Source of the DNA: a bacterium
GTDB taxonomy: Bacteria; Patescibacteriota; Minisyncoccia; Phycocordibacterales; Phycocordibacteraceae
DNA: 41,270 nucleotides
NCBI GenBank assembly: GCA_023267755.1
Contig: JAHFMR010000006.1
Location: 1 to 41,270, forward strand
Direction: 5' to 3'
The notes beneath the pieces were generated by a model that was given only the letters and a program-made list of their open reading frames with translations, was not told the DNA's origin and made no database searches. A program made the position numbers and the translations under genes. Shown here one piece after another: positions 28,141 to 36,040 of the stretch. Every line of letters begins with the position of its first letter. Position 1 is the first letter of the stretch.

Positions 28141-28168
28141 TTGACTTTCTGTTAGTTTCGTGTATTAT
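28141..28168 (+). promoter_or_regulatory. Putative sigma70 promoter TTGACT-16 nt-TATTAT
   Basis: Near-consensus hexamers upstream of AGGAGG and ATG 28220. Confidence 0.5.
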
Positions 28169-28219
28169 GCACTCTAGAGTGCAGCTCTTTCTGCTGCTCA
28201 TACATTAGGAGGAAACGTC

Positions 28220-29380
28220 ATGTCAGACATTCTGGTTGGAGTAGCACTGGGTCTCGTCATCGCAGCTGTTGTTGGTCTCGCTCTCCTTGTTTACCAGCTG
28301 GCGCAAAGTAAAGTCTTCTTTACCTCGCCGAAGGAAGGTACCGTGGAGTTCGTCATGGCCGGCAACAGTATCCGCAATATGATACTCGTATGGAAGGGTC
28401 ACCAGAAGCATGGTGTACCAAAACCAGACGATGCGTTTGCGGAATATGAAGTTGAAGTGTCGCCGTCAAATCAACCCCAAAGACTAACGGGCCGACGTGC
28501 ACTTAATCCCCTTAACTGGGGCGAGTCGTTCGGCATCTACTGGGTCGGCCTCTGGCCGTTCTACAAGATCTATCGCTACGACTTCTTTTGGGTCGAGGAA
28601 AAAATCGACGAAGGCACGAACCAACTGGTTCCGTTCGCAAGAAAGGCAACAAAGGAAGATAACGGGGGTCAAACGCCCTTCGCTTACGTGAACGACTTCA
28701 ACTATGTCTTCTTTGTCAATGACGTGAAGACGAAAGATGGCGTACCGCTGAAGCTCTCGTTCATCGTTACCATTCGTCTCGTGAACCCGTATAAGGCGCT
28801 GTTTCTCGGTGAGGACTGGCTCCAACGTGCGGGCGGAGCGATAAGTCTGATGACGATTCGTTACGCTGGTGTCCTCAGTTACGAGGAAATCATTGCGAAC
28901 AAGCCTGCACCGATTCCAATCATCGACAGTAGGACTGGTGGAATTATCGAAACACCTCATACTTTGGAAGACCTCATCAAGATGCTTGCCGATGGCCAAC
29001 CTCATGGCGGACTCGATCACGATCTTTTGACCGAATACGGCGTCAGGATTGTTGCTGCAAAAACCAACGCAATTGATTTTGCCGATGGTACCGCAGCAGC
29101 GGAATACAGCAAGGCAACAACCCAAAGATATGTTGCCGAGCAAAAGGGGCAGGCCGAATTGGCTGAAGCAAGAGGAAAAGCCGAGGCAATAGGAGTTCTT
29201 GCTGAAGCAGAGCGTAATCGCATCGAAACGGCATATAGTCCTATTGCCGGAACTGACAAGGATGCACGGATGAGAATCCGCCAGCTCGAAGCACTGGAGA
29301 AATCTGGTGAAAAGGGTGGGCACACCATTGTCATCCCGGACAACATACTCGGACTCGCAGGTCACTTGATTAACAAATGA
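28220..29380 (+). CDS. SPFH/band-7-like membrane protein
   Basis: N-terminal TM, KTKDGVPL...IRLVNPYKALF, EYGV, C-terminal AE-rich coiled coil (AEARGKAEA). Confidence 0.7.
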   Translation: MSDILVGVALGLVIAAVVGLALLVYQLAQSKVFFTSPKEGTVEFVMAGNSIRNMILVWKGHQKHGVPKPDDAFAEYEVEVSPSNQPQRLTGRRALNPLNWGESFGIYWVGLWPFYKIYRYDFFWVEEKIDEGTNQLVPFARKATKEDNGGQTPFAYVNDFNYVFFVNDVKTKDGVPLKLSFIVTIRLVNPYKALFLGEDWLQRAGGAISLMTIRYAGVLSYEEIIANKPAPIPIIDSRTGGIIETPHTLEDLIKMLADGQPHGGLDHDLLTEYGVRIVAAKTNAIDFADGTAAAEYSKATTQRYVAEQKGQAELAEARGKAEAIGVLAEAERNRIETAYSPIAGTDKDARMRIRQLEALEKSGEKGGHTIVIPDNILGLAGHLINK

Positions 29381-29392
29381 AAGGAGTAGATC

Positions 29393-30061
29393 ATGCTTAT
29401 GATTATCCTAGCGTTTCTTGGGACGCTGGTGGCTATCGGCATCGTCGGAGGGATTGTTTACGCAGTCGTAACAAAGAAAAAACCTTCCGCTGATTGGCTG
29501 AAAGTGACCGCAGTAATCCTGGGTGTTGTCTTTATCGTCGGCCTTAGCATCTGGCTGGTCGGTAAGGACCTGAGCGCACCATCGTTGGCGACAGTCAACG
29601 CTTGGAGACAGCACTTCTGGCTCTGGATATTGATCTTCTCTGTTTTCGTCTACGTGGAAGCATCCTTCATCCCGAAGAGCGCGGCCACTCTAGCGGACAC
29701 ACTAAAGACCGTGCTGGCACTTATGGTCGTTACGCTCTTCATCGTCTTCCCGATTCTCGGGATGTTCAGTGGAGGGAGTGGTGACTCACAAGCTACAAGC
29801 AGCGCGCGGGAAGAGAGGCCGATGAACTCATTGGTCTTACCCGCAAACGGCTATTCCGAGCACGTCAACGCACCTGTGGGATACTTCGTAAGATTCCACG
29901 GTCACGGTTACACCGTTCACTGCGTCTACAGTGACGGACACGAGGGGGTGGTTGGCGATCAGTCGCGCCCCTGCGAAGACGGACCGACCTTGTACTGGTA
30001 TCTCCAAGATACAACAGGAGCGCCAAACATGGTCCCCTATGAACGAGTACGTTCCTTCTGA
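29393..30061 (+). CDS. Hypothetical protein with 4 TM helices and a C-terminal soluble domain
   Basis: 222-aa ORF, AAGGAG SD, in an apparent operon with the SPFH gene. Confidence 0.7.
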   Translation: MLMIILAFLGTLVAIGIVGGIVYAVVTKKKPSADWLKVTAVILGVVFIVGLSIWLVGKDLSAPSLATVNAWRQHFWLWILIFSVFVYVEASFIPKSAATLADTLKTVLALMVVTLFIVFPILGMFSGGSGDSQATSSAREERPMNSLVLPANGYSEHVNAPVGYFVRFHGHGYTVHCVYSDGHEGVVGDQSRPCEDGPTLYWYLQDTTGAPNMVPYERVRSF

Positions 30062-30079
30062 CGTGAGCAGTTCTTGTAA

Positions 30080-30119
30080 AAGGCCGCCCCGGTTTACCGG
30101 AGCGGCCTTCTTCTTTTTT
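30080..30119 (+). terminator. Intrinsic terminator
   Basis: AAGGCCGCCCCGGT-TT-ACCGGAGCGGCCTT followed by CTTCTTTTTT. Confidence 0.8.
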
Positions 30120-30125
30120 ATCTAC

Positions 30126-30386
30126 TTATCTTGTGATTGGAGTAACGCCAAAGGTGGAGAGAGCGAGGTTGATAATCCCGTACGCGCCGAAGATAATCAC
30201 TAGTCCAACGAGCCCCCAGAGGATAGCCTGCTTCCCTTCTGAGCGCTTCGCCTCGTCTCCTGCGTGCGCTATGAACTCGAACACTCCCCAAAGGAATACG
30301 ACGAAAGCGAGTGCCGCGAGAAGGAGAATAATCGGATTAACGATCTGTACGACGACCTTGTCGAGGAAGTTGTTAAGAGCAGGCAT
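30126..30386 (-). CDS. TrbC/VirB2-like pilin
   Basis: TM-loop-TM with FLWG...EGKQAILWGLVGL. Confidence 0.8.
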   Translation of the reverse strand: MPALNNFLDKVVVQIVNPIILLLAALAFVVFLWGVFEFIAHAGDEAKRSEGKQAILWGLVGLVIIFGAYGIINLALSTFGVTPITR

Positions 30387-30393
30387 TTATCCA

Positions 30394-30762
30394 CTAGCTT
30401 CCGATGTGCGTGCCCGTGCCTGGCACGGAGCTAGGACCAGTTGAATTGCCGAAAACGACAGTGCCGAGGAGGATGTTCACGAGACCCCAGATAGAGACCA
30501 TCACAAAGAAGCCGATAAGACCCCAGAGCATCAGGTTCTTACCTTTCTCCTTCACTTCCTCATTCTGGGCACCGATGATGAAGACCTCAAACGCGCCGTA
30601 GAGGAAGACGATAAAGGCGACCGCGAAGAGGACTGGGACGAGAACGTTATTGATAGTGGTGATAACGAAGGTTCCGACATCCGAGACATTGCTAATTGCA
30701 GCAAGAGAGACGAGCGGAGCGGCGAACGCGGCGGCAGTAACGAGGGCAATTACTTTTTTCAT
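30394..30762 (-). CDS. TrbC/VirB2-like pilin with signal peptide
   Basis: NNVLVPVLFAVAFIVFLYG...KGKNLMLWGLIGF. Confidence 0.82.
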   Translation of the reverse strand: MKKVIALVTAAAFAAPLVSLAAISNVSDVGTFVITTINNVLVPVLFAVAFIVFLYGAFEVFIIGAQNEEVKEKGKNLMLWGLIGFFVMVSIWGLVNILLGTVVFGNSTGPSSVPGTGTHIGS

Positions 30763-30843
30763 GAGATAGATAAGTGATTAACAGGTTAATTGTAACGTTT
30801 CTAGGGGCGTGGTCAATGCACGTTTACGGCTCGTGTGGATATC

Positions 30844-31833
30844 TTATTGCCCGCACGTAGGATCGGTAGAACAACAACTATTGGAAAAATCCCATGATCC
30901 GTAGTCCGCTTCGCAAACACAGATTTCAGAAACGCCGGTGTTTTCCATACATGTTGTGTATGCGCTCGGCGTGACTCCGTTATTCGGCATACAACTCCCA
31001 GTATCATCACAGGTACCGGCCTGCCCACCAACCGTACAAGCAGTGTAGGCTGTACAACCACCGGTACCAACAGAAGCGGGGTCCTGACAAATATCACCAC
31101 CGTAGTTAGTATCGGGTGCACACTCGAGACCAGACGCACATGGTCGGGTGGCGCTGCAACTCCAACCCTGCTGAGCGACTGCGTCACTCCCTACGGGCGA
31201 CCCGGTCCCACCATATGCAGTGTATGCCGGGAGACATTCAATAGCTGTGTTGCCGCTATTAACACAAGAGTCGTAAGCTTGTTGCGCGAGGCCCTGACTG
31301 CTTCCGCCCAAACCATTTAACGCCGCGTTGTATGCATTCGTGGCAGTACCGCACGCAGCGCTCGACGCGCTGGCACCTGTACAAGCGGCCTGTTGTGCAG
31401 CGTATGCACTGTTCAACGCAGCTGTCTGTGCGGCAGTATAGCTCCCGCCAGTCACGTAGGAGCCCGCACCAATCGTCGGGAAGGCCGGCGCGGAGGTGCC
31501 AGCCGAGAGACCGAAGGTACCCATAACTAAGTTCACGATTCCCCAGAGCGAGAGAATGACGACAAAACCGATAACCCCCCAGATTGTGAATTGTCGGCCC
31601 TCGGTCCGATCCTTTTCATCAGCTGCACCGAGGATGAAGTACTTGTACACCCCGTAGAGAAAAACGAGGAACGCGATCGCCATCAGAAGCGGGACGAGGA
31701 GAGAGTTGATGACGTTGATAATACCGACAGAGTACGCCGAGATGGCAGAGGTGTTGATGCCCGTCTGTGCAGAAGCGAGGAACGGTGTGGCGAGGAGGGT
31801 GAGCGTCGTGACGAAGCGAAGAGTGTTTTTCAT
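30844..31833 (-). CDS. TrbC/VirB2-like pilin with a long cysteine-rich C-terminal extension
   Basis: Start set at MKNTLRF; pilin core EGRQFTIWGVIGF; G/A/T/C-rich tail with many Cys. Confidence 0.8.
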   Translation of the reverse strand: MKNTLRFVTTLTLLATPFLASAQTGINTSAISAYSVGIINVINSLLVPLLMAIAFLVFLYGVYKYFILGAADEKDRTEGRQFTIWGVIGFVVILSLWGIVNLVMGTFGLSAGTSAPAFPTIGAGSYVTGGSYTAAQTAALNSAYAAQQAACTGASASSAACGTATNAYNAALNGLGGSSQGLAQQAYDSCVNSGNTAIECLPAYTAYGGTGSPVGSDAVAQQGWSCSATRPCASGLECAPDTNYGGDICQDPASVGTGGCTAYTACTVGGQAGTCDDTGSCMPNNGVTPSAYTTCMENTGVSEICVCEADYGSWDFSNSCCSTDPTCGQ

Positions 31834-31844
31834 AAAACAGAATA

Positions 31845-32180
31845 CTACAGAGGGATTGAAGAGGGCGGCGTCGGTGCATAGAAGCCGCCGAGACCAAAGG
31901 TGCTTGCGACGACGTTCACGATGCCCCAGATGGAGATCATCACCACGAAGCCGATGATGCCCCACATAAGGAGCTTGTGCCCTTCTGCGACCTCGTCTGG
32001 CTCTCCGTGAGAGAAGATATAGGCCTTAGCGATACCATAGAGGAAGACGATAAAGGCAATCGCGAAGAGGACCGGTACCAGGACGTTATTAATAAGGTAG
32101 AGGAGGTTGGTCGCAATCTGGCAGATACCAGAAGCGCAACCAGAACCGAAGGAGAACGTGAGTGAACCGTTAATATTCAT
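31845..32180 (-). CDS. TrbC/VirB2-like pilin
   Basis: NNVLVPVLFAIAFIVFLYG...EGHKLLMWGIIGF. Confidence 0.82.
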   Translation of the reverse strand: MNINGSLTFSFGSGCASGICQIATNLLYLINNVLVPVLFAIAFIVFLYGIAKAYIFSHGEPDEVAEGHKLLMWGIIGFVVMISIWGIVNVVASTFGLGGFYAPTPPSSIPL

Positions 32181-32204
32181 AGCGAGTGAGTATATTGTAA
32201 TACA

Positions 32205-32462
32205 TCAGGCCGAAGGCGCGATGCCGAGCGTGGATAAGAGCAAGTTGACGAAGCCCCAGACCGAGAAGAGCATCACCATCCCCAGGAAGCCCCAGAGGAT
32301 GAACGTGCGGCCTTCTTCCCTCTTCTTCTCGTCCCCCGGGTGGAGAAAGAAGTAGTTGACAATGCCCCAGACAAGCACGAGGAATGCGAGCGCGAAGATG
32401 ACCGGCACGACAATCGTGTTAAGGAGGGTGATGAAGTCGTGTACGTAGATGGCGAAGGTCAT
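32205..32462 (-). CDS. TrbC/VirB2-like pilin
   Basis: IVVPVIFALAFLVLVWG...EGRTFILWGFLG. Confidence 0.8.
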   Translation of the reverse strand: MTFAIYVHDFITLLNTIVVPVIFALAFLVLVWGIVNYFFLHPGDEKKREEGRTFILWGFLGMVMLFSVWGFVNLLLSTLGIAPSA

Positions 32463-32469
32463 ATTCTAA

Positions 32470-32844
32470 TCAGCCCCCGAGCGACTGTGCGGTCGCCTGT
32501 ATCGCGAGCGCTATCGCCTTGGCGCCGAGCAGGATGAGCGCGCCGACGACTGTCCAGAGGAGCATCGTGCGCGCCTCGCTTATCTTCGATTCATTCCCTT
32601 GCGCCGTGACGAACTTGTAGCCGACATACACCACCATTAAGACCACGACGATAGCCCCGATGCGGATGACAAAATCGAGAATGCCAAGAAGAAATGATTC
32701 AAGATTCCCTCCCCCTTGGAGCGGGTTGATGAGAGTAACGGCTGTATTGGTGTTGGTGTTTGTATCTGTTGCGTAGACAAACGCCATCGGCGCGAGAACG
32801 AATAAGGGGGTGAGAGCAAGAGCAGCAAGAGAGCGAAAGCGCAT
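32470..32844 (-). CDS. TrbC/VirB2-like pilin with signal peptide
   Basis: LINPL...YVGYKFVTAQGNESKISEARTMLLWTVVGA. Confidence 0.85.
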   Translation of the reverse strand: MRFRSLAALALTPLFVLAPMAFVYATDTNTNTNTAVTLINPLQGGGNLESFLLGILDFVIRIGAIVVVLMVVYVGYKFVTAQGNESKISEARTMLLWTVVGALILLGAKAIALAIQATAQSLGG

Positions 32845-32846
32845 AA

Positions 32847-34154
32847 TTATTGTTGGAGGAGCGCAGTAAACGCTTGCTCGGTAGCGACGAGTGCGGCTTG
32901 GAGACTAAGGCGACCGATAATCACATTCGTAATCATACTCGAGAATAGGGCGTCTGTGCTCACGGGCATTGGGGACAGCCAGCCGTGCGCGTAGAGTGCC
33001 TCGGCGTAGGCGACCGCTGCGATTGGGTCGGAAGGGCGCACCGCGAGCTGGGCAAGCGTGGCGGGAGCGAGTCCGGTATCCGCTGCGACGGTCGCTTGGC
33101 TCGTTGCGTTGATGAGGATAGTAGCCGCCTGGAGCGCGCCCGATGCATTCTTCGCCCCGCGTGGCGTCATCAGTGAGTAGAGGAGGCCGTACGCGTTCTT
33201 TGTCGCAGCGGTGGCCGGTTGAGGTACGGGGGAAACGCCGAAGTTGAGGTTCGGATTCGCCGTTGTCATAAAACGCGCTTCAGATGCGTAGCCGAGGTAA
33301 AGAGCGAGATTCCCCGCGAGGAACATCCGCTGCGAATCTGGAAGTGATGCATTCCAGGTATACGAGACCTTCGAGGGATCAGCGAATTGGGTGTAAAAAG
33401 TGAGTACCGCGAGGCCCGGCGACTGCCCTCCTGACGCAGCTGCGTTGCCGAGATTCGCCGTAAGCGCCCCGCCTGTAGTATGTGTTGAGATTGGGACATT
33501 CGTTTGCAGAAAAATCGTAGAGAGTATCCCGCGTGCGTTGTGCACATTGTCGTACGTACCGAGCCCTATAAGGCCGCGTGTGACCTGTCGTGCGGGTGTT
33601 AGTTGCGCGACAGTCGGCACAAGACCGGTGAGGGCTTCCCATGTTGAAGGGGGTCGTGCGATACCATCAGACGAGAGGATAGAACGATTGGCGAAGAGAA
33701 CAAGCGGGTCAATAAGAAAAGGAATGCCGTAATACCCCCCTTCCGGCGCAGCGAGCACGCTCCCTTCTCCAACAAATGTGCTTTCGAAGGTATTCGCGGG
33801 GAGCGTCGCTGCCGATATTGGCACAATAAATTTTGCAAGCGTATGAAGCTCCTCTTGCGAGGCCAAAACGAGATCAGGAGCCTCGCCGGTGGCTATCGCC
33901 GCAGCGAGATCTGTCGGGAGGGTTGCTGCGCTCTTCTCTTGATAACTTACCCCCTTGAGGCCCACTTGTGTCTGGCCCAACGTGTTCAGAGCGGTAGTTA
34001 TGCTTTCCTTCGGTAAAGTTCCCCAGATTATGACTGGGCCGACCGCGTTACTACCCGTGTTCTTGCTCGTGTACGTGGCGAAAACGAAGAGCCCGATAAG
34101 TGCCGCGATGATGAATACGCCGTAGAGGATACCTTGGAAGAGGGAGACTTTCAT
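32847..34154 (-). CDS. Extracellular solute-binding protein (sugar ABC family 1-like)
   Basis: N-terminal TM, AAAIATGEAPDL, YGIPFLIDPLVLFANR, PPSTWEAL, FLAGNLALYLG. Confidence 0.82.
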   Translation of the reverse strand: MKVSLFQGILYGVFIIAALIGLFVFATYTSKNTGSNAVGPVIIWGTLPKESITTALNTLGQTQVGLKGVSYQEKSAATLPTDLAAAIATGEAPDLVLASQEELHTLAKFIVPISAATLPANTFESTFVGEGSVLAAPEGGYYGIPFLIDPLVLFANRSILSSDGIARPPSTWEALTGLVPTVAQLTPARQVTRGLIGLGTYDNVHNARGILSTIFLQTNVPISTHTTGGALTANLGNAAASGGQSPGLAVLTFYTQFADPSKVSYTWNASLPDSQRMFLAGNLALYLGYASEARFMTTANPNLNFGVSPVPQPATAATKNAYGLLYSLMTPRGAKNASGALQAATILINATSQATVAADTGLAPATLAQLAVRPSDPIAAVAYAEALYAHGWLSPMPVSTDALFSSMITNVIIGRLSLQAALVATEQAFTALLQQ

Positions 34155-34687
34155 GGGGCTGTAAAGAGTATACCGTAGTGATGCGGCCCGGCGCGGAAGG
34201 ACTTGGTCTTATGGAATCCCCCGTTGATAAAAAACGCTTCAGCATCACTCTCGGGGACGACCTTCTCGCTCGTGGGGCCCATCCCGCCGTAGCTCCCTGC
34301 CCAATCAACCACGAGGAGCTTCCCGCCTGGTTTGAGAACACGTTTAATCTCCTCGAACAGCCCGAACCTGTTCTCGATCTGGAAGAAGGTGTTAGCGAGG
34401 ATAACTGCGTCAAGAGACTGATCGCGTAGGTGCGAGCCTCCCTGCTTCTCGATATCGCCCCAAACGGTGCTGATGATGCTCTGGTGGTGCTCGTGCGTGT
34501 TCAGCTTCAAGTGCTTGAGGATGTCTTCCTGCACGTCAACCGCGTAGACCTTCCCGCTGTGCCCCACCACTGCTGCCGCTGCACGCGCATAGTGACCGCT
34601 TCCGGCGCCGAAGTCGCCGACCTTCATCCCCTCGTGCAAGCCGAGCTGGAGCACTGTCTCGTGTGGAGAACTAAAATGCGCGCTCAT
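34151..34687 (-). CDS. Class I SAM-dependent methyltransferase
   Basis: VGDFGAGSG, VYAVDVQ, RVLKPGGKLLVVDW; start set at ATG 34687. Confidence 0.88.
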   Translation of the reverse strand: MSAHFSSPHETVLQLGLHEGMKVGDFGAGSGHYARAAAAVVGHSGKVYAVDVQEDILKHLKLNTHEHHQSIISTVWGDIEKQGGSHLRDQSLDAVILANTFFQIENRFGLFEEIKRVLKPGGKLLVVDWAGSYGGMGPTSEKVVPESDAEAFFINGGFHKTKSFRAGPHHYGILFTAP

Positions 34688-34704
34688 ACTCTTATAAAAT
34701 AACA

Positions 34705-34727
34705 CGCGCGACCCTCCGGGTCGCGCG
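34705..34727 (-). terminator. Hairpin, likely terminator of the 35047-34745 gene
   Basis: CGCGCGACCC-TCC-GGGTCGCGCG followed by TGTTATTTT on the minus strand. Confidence 0.6.
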
Positions 34728-34744
34728 CAATCAACATCTCCAGT

Positions 34745-35047
34745 TCAAGCTATCCGGAGAATCTTCTTGAGCTTCCTTTCTCCTTTCTGAAAAGCCCTTA
34801 TCCTCTCGAGAGTCTGAAGGACTTTTGCTGCCGCCTCTTCCTCCGTTTCGCCGTAGGCAAACGTATCCTTGGTCTCCGACGGATGGAGTTTGTCGAGACC
34901 CCCGGTACCCGGTGTCACAACACGCACCAAGTATCTCGCCGGGCAATTCGGACTATATTCGACTTGGTAGACCAACCGACGCAACAGCTTCATCACGTCG
35001 CTGGTTACAACCCGCTTCTCTTCACTCTTCTTTTCCGCACGGCTCAT
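34745..35047 (-). CDS. Hypothetical protein (100 aa)
   Basis: Start MSRAEKK preceded by AGGGAG; no family recognised. Confidence 0.6.
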   Translation of the reverse strand: MSRAEKKSEEKRVVTSDVMKLLRRLVYQVEYSPNCPARYLVRVVTPGTGGLDKLHPSETKDTFAYGETEEEAAAKVLQTLERIRAFQKGERKLKKILRIA

Positions 35048-35133
35048 GACTAATCTCCCTTGTTTGTGAAAAAACAATGAAATACCAAAACTTCCCCGAT
35101 AGTACTCTCCTCCCTCCATCCCCGCAATCTGTC

Positions 35134-35152
35134 TACAAGGTTCAACCTTGTA
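35134..35152. repeat. REP-like palindrome upstream of the transposase
   Basis: TACAAGGT-TCA-ACCTTGTA. Confidence 0.9.
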
Positions 35153-35180
35153 AAAATATACCGCTATAATAAGGGGTGCT

Positions 35181-35840
35181 ATGGCACGCACTTTTTCATT
35201 CGCTCCCGGTGAGTTTTATCACTTGTATAATCGCGGCACAGAAAAGCGGAATATATTCACTTCTAAAGCAGACCGCGACCGGTTCCTTACGCTTCTCTAC
35301 CTAGCAAACCAAGACATTCCCGCTGACTTAAAATTACAAGGTTCAACCTTGTTAGAGATAGTGAAACCAAAAGCGGGAGCTCCGCTTGTCGAGATCGTCT
35401 GTTATTGCCTCATGCCGAATCATTTCCACTTACTAGTACGCGAATTAGAAGACGGTGGGATTAGTAAATTTATGCAAAAAATTACGACTGGATACACGAT
35501 GTATTTCAATAAACGCTCCGACCGGAATGGCGCTCTCTTCCAAGGAAGATTTAAAGCGACTCACGTAGCTGATGATCGATACCTGCGCTACCTCATCTCA
35601 TACATTCATCTAAACCCTGTAAAACTTATCGAACCAAAGTGGAAAGAGACGGGTATTGCCAATCAAGTACACGCCGAGCGCTACCTCGAGACATATACTG
35701 CTTCAAGTTATCCCGATTATCTAGGTAAAAAACGCGCTGAAGGAATGATTCTTACTAAAGAAGCTCTGCCCGAATATTTCTCCTCTGGCTCCGACTTCAA
35801 AACCTTCGTCACAGAATGGCTTACCTATAAGTCCGATTAG
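35181..35840 (+). mobile_element. Y1/HUH tyrosine transposase (IS200-like, REP-associated RAYT-type)
   Basis: YHLYNRG, YCLMPNHFHLL (HUH), LFQGRFK, YIHLNP; no TnpB; bracketed by identical palindromes. Confidence 0.88.
35335..35352. repeat. Copy of the same palindrome inside the transposase ORF
   Basis: TACAAGGTTCAACCTTGT, read as LQGSTL. Confidence 0.9.
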
Positions 35841-35861
35841 TACAAGGTTCAACCTTGTACT
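35839..35861. repeat. REP-like palindrome at the transposase stop
   Basis: AGTACAAGGT-TCA-ACCTTGTACT. Confidence 0.9.
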
Positions 35862-35868
35862 TAGGAGC

Positions 35869-36021
35869 CTATACCTTGGTTCGCCAATTTATTTCAAAAC
35901 AAATTGAATGCTTACCTGATATGTTCCATTTGGAAAATCTCAGCCAGAGGAATTGAAACTTGTTGTCGGCGATTTTCCCAAAACCAAACCGATTCAACGT
36001 AAGCTCTATATCTATAGACAT
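35869..36021 (-). CDS. Possible small AT-rich ORF (50 aa)
   Basis: MSIDIELTLNRFGFGKIADNKFQFLWLRFSKWNISGKHSICFEINWRTKV fills the gap between gyrA and the palindrome. Confidence 0.35.
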   Translation of the reverse strand: MSIDIELTLNRFGFGKIADNKFQFLWLRFSKWNISGKHSICFEINWRTKV

Positions 36022-36040
36022 ACGCTGGGATGTTGATGTT

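Noticed and set aside
28058-30125. Integrative element at tRNA-Leu(TAG)
   Set aside because: No integrase and no att-like duplication of the tRNA 3-prime end were found.
35134-35861. Three identical repeats as a possible CRISPR array
   Set aside because: Spacing of about 200 and 500 nt, one copy within a CDS, and no cas genes.
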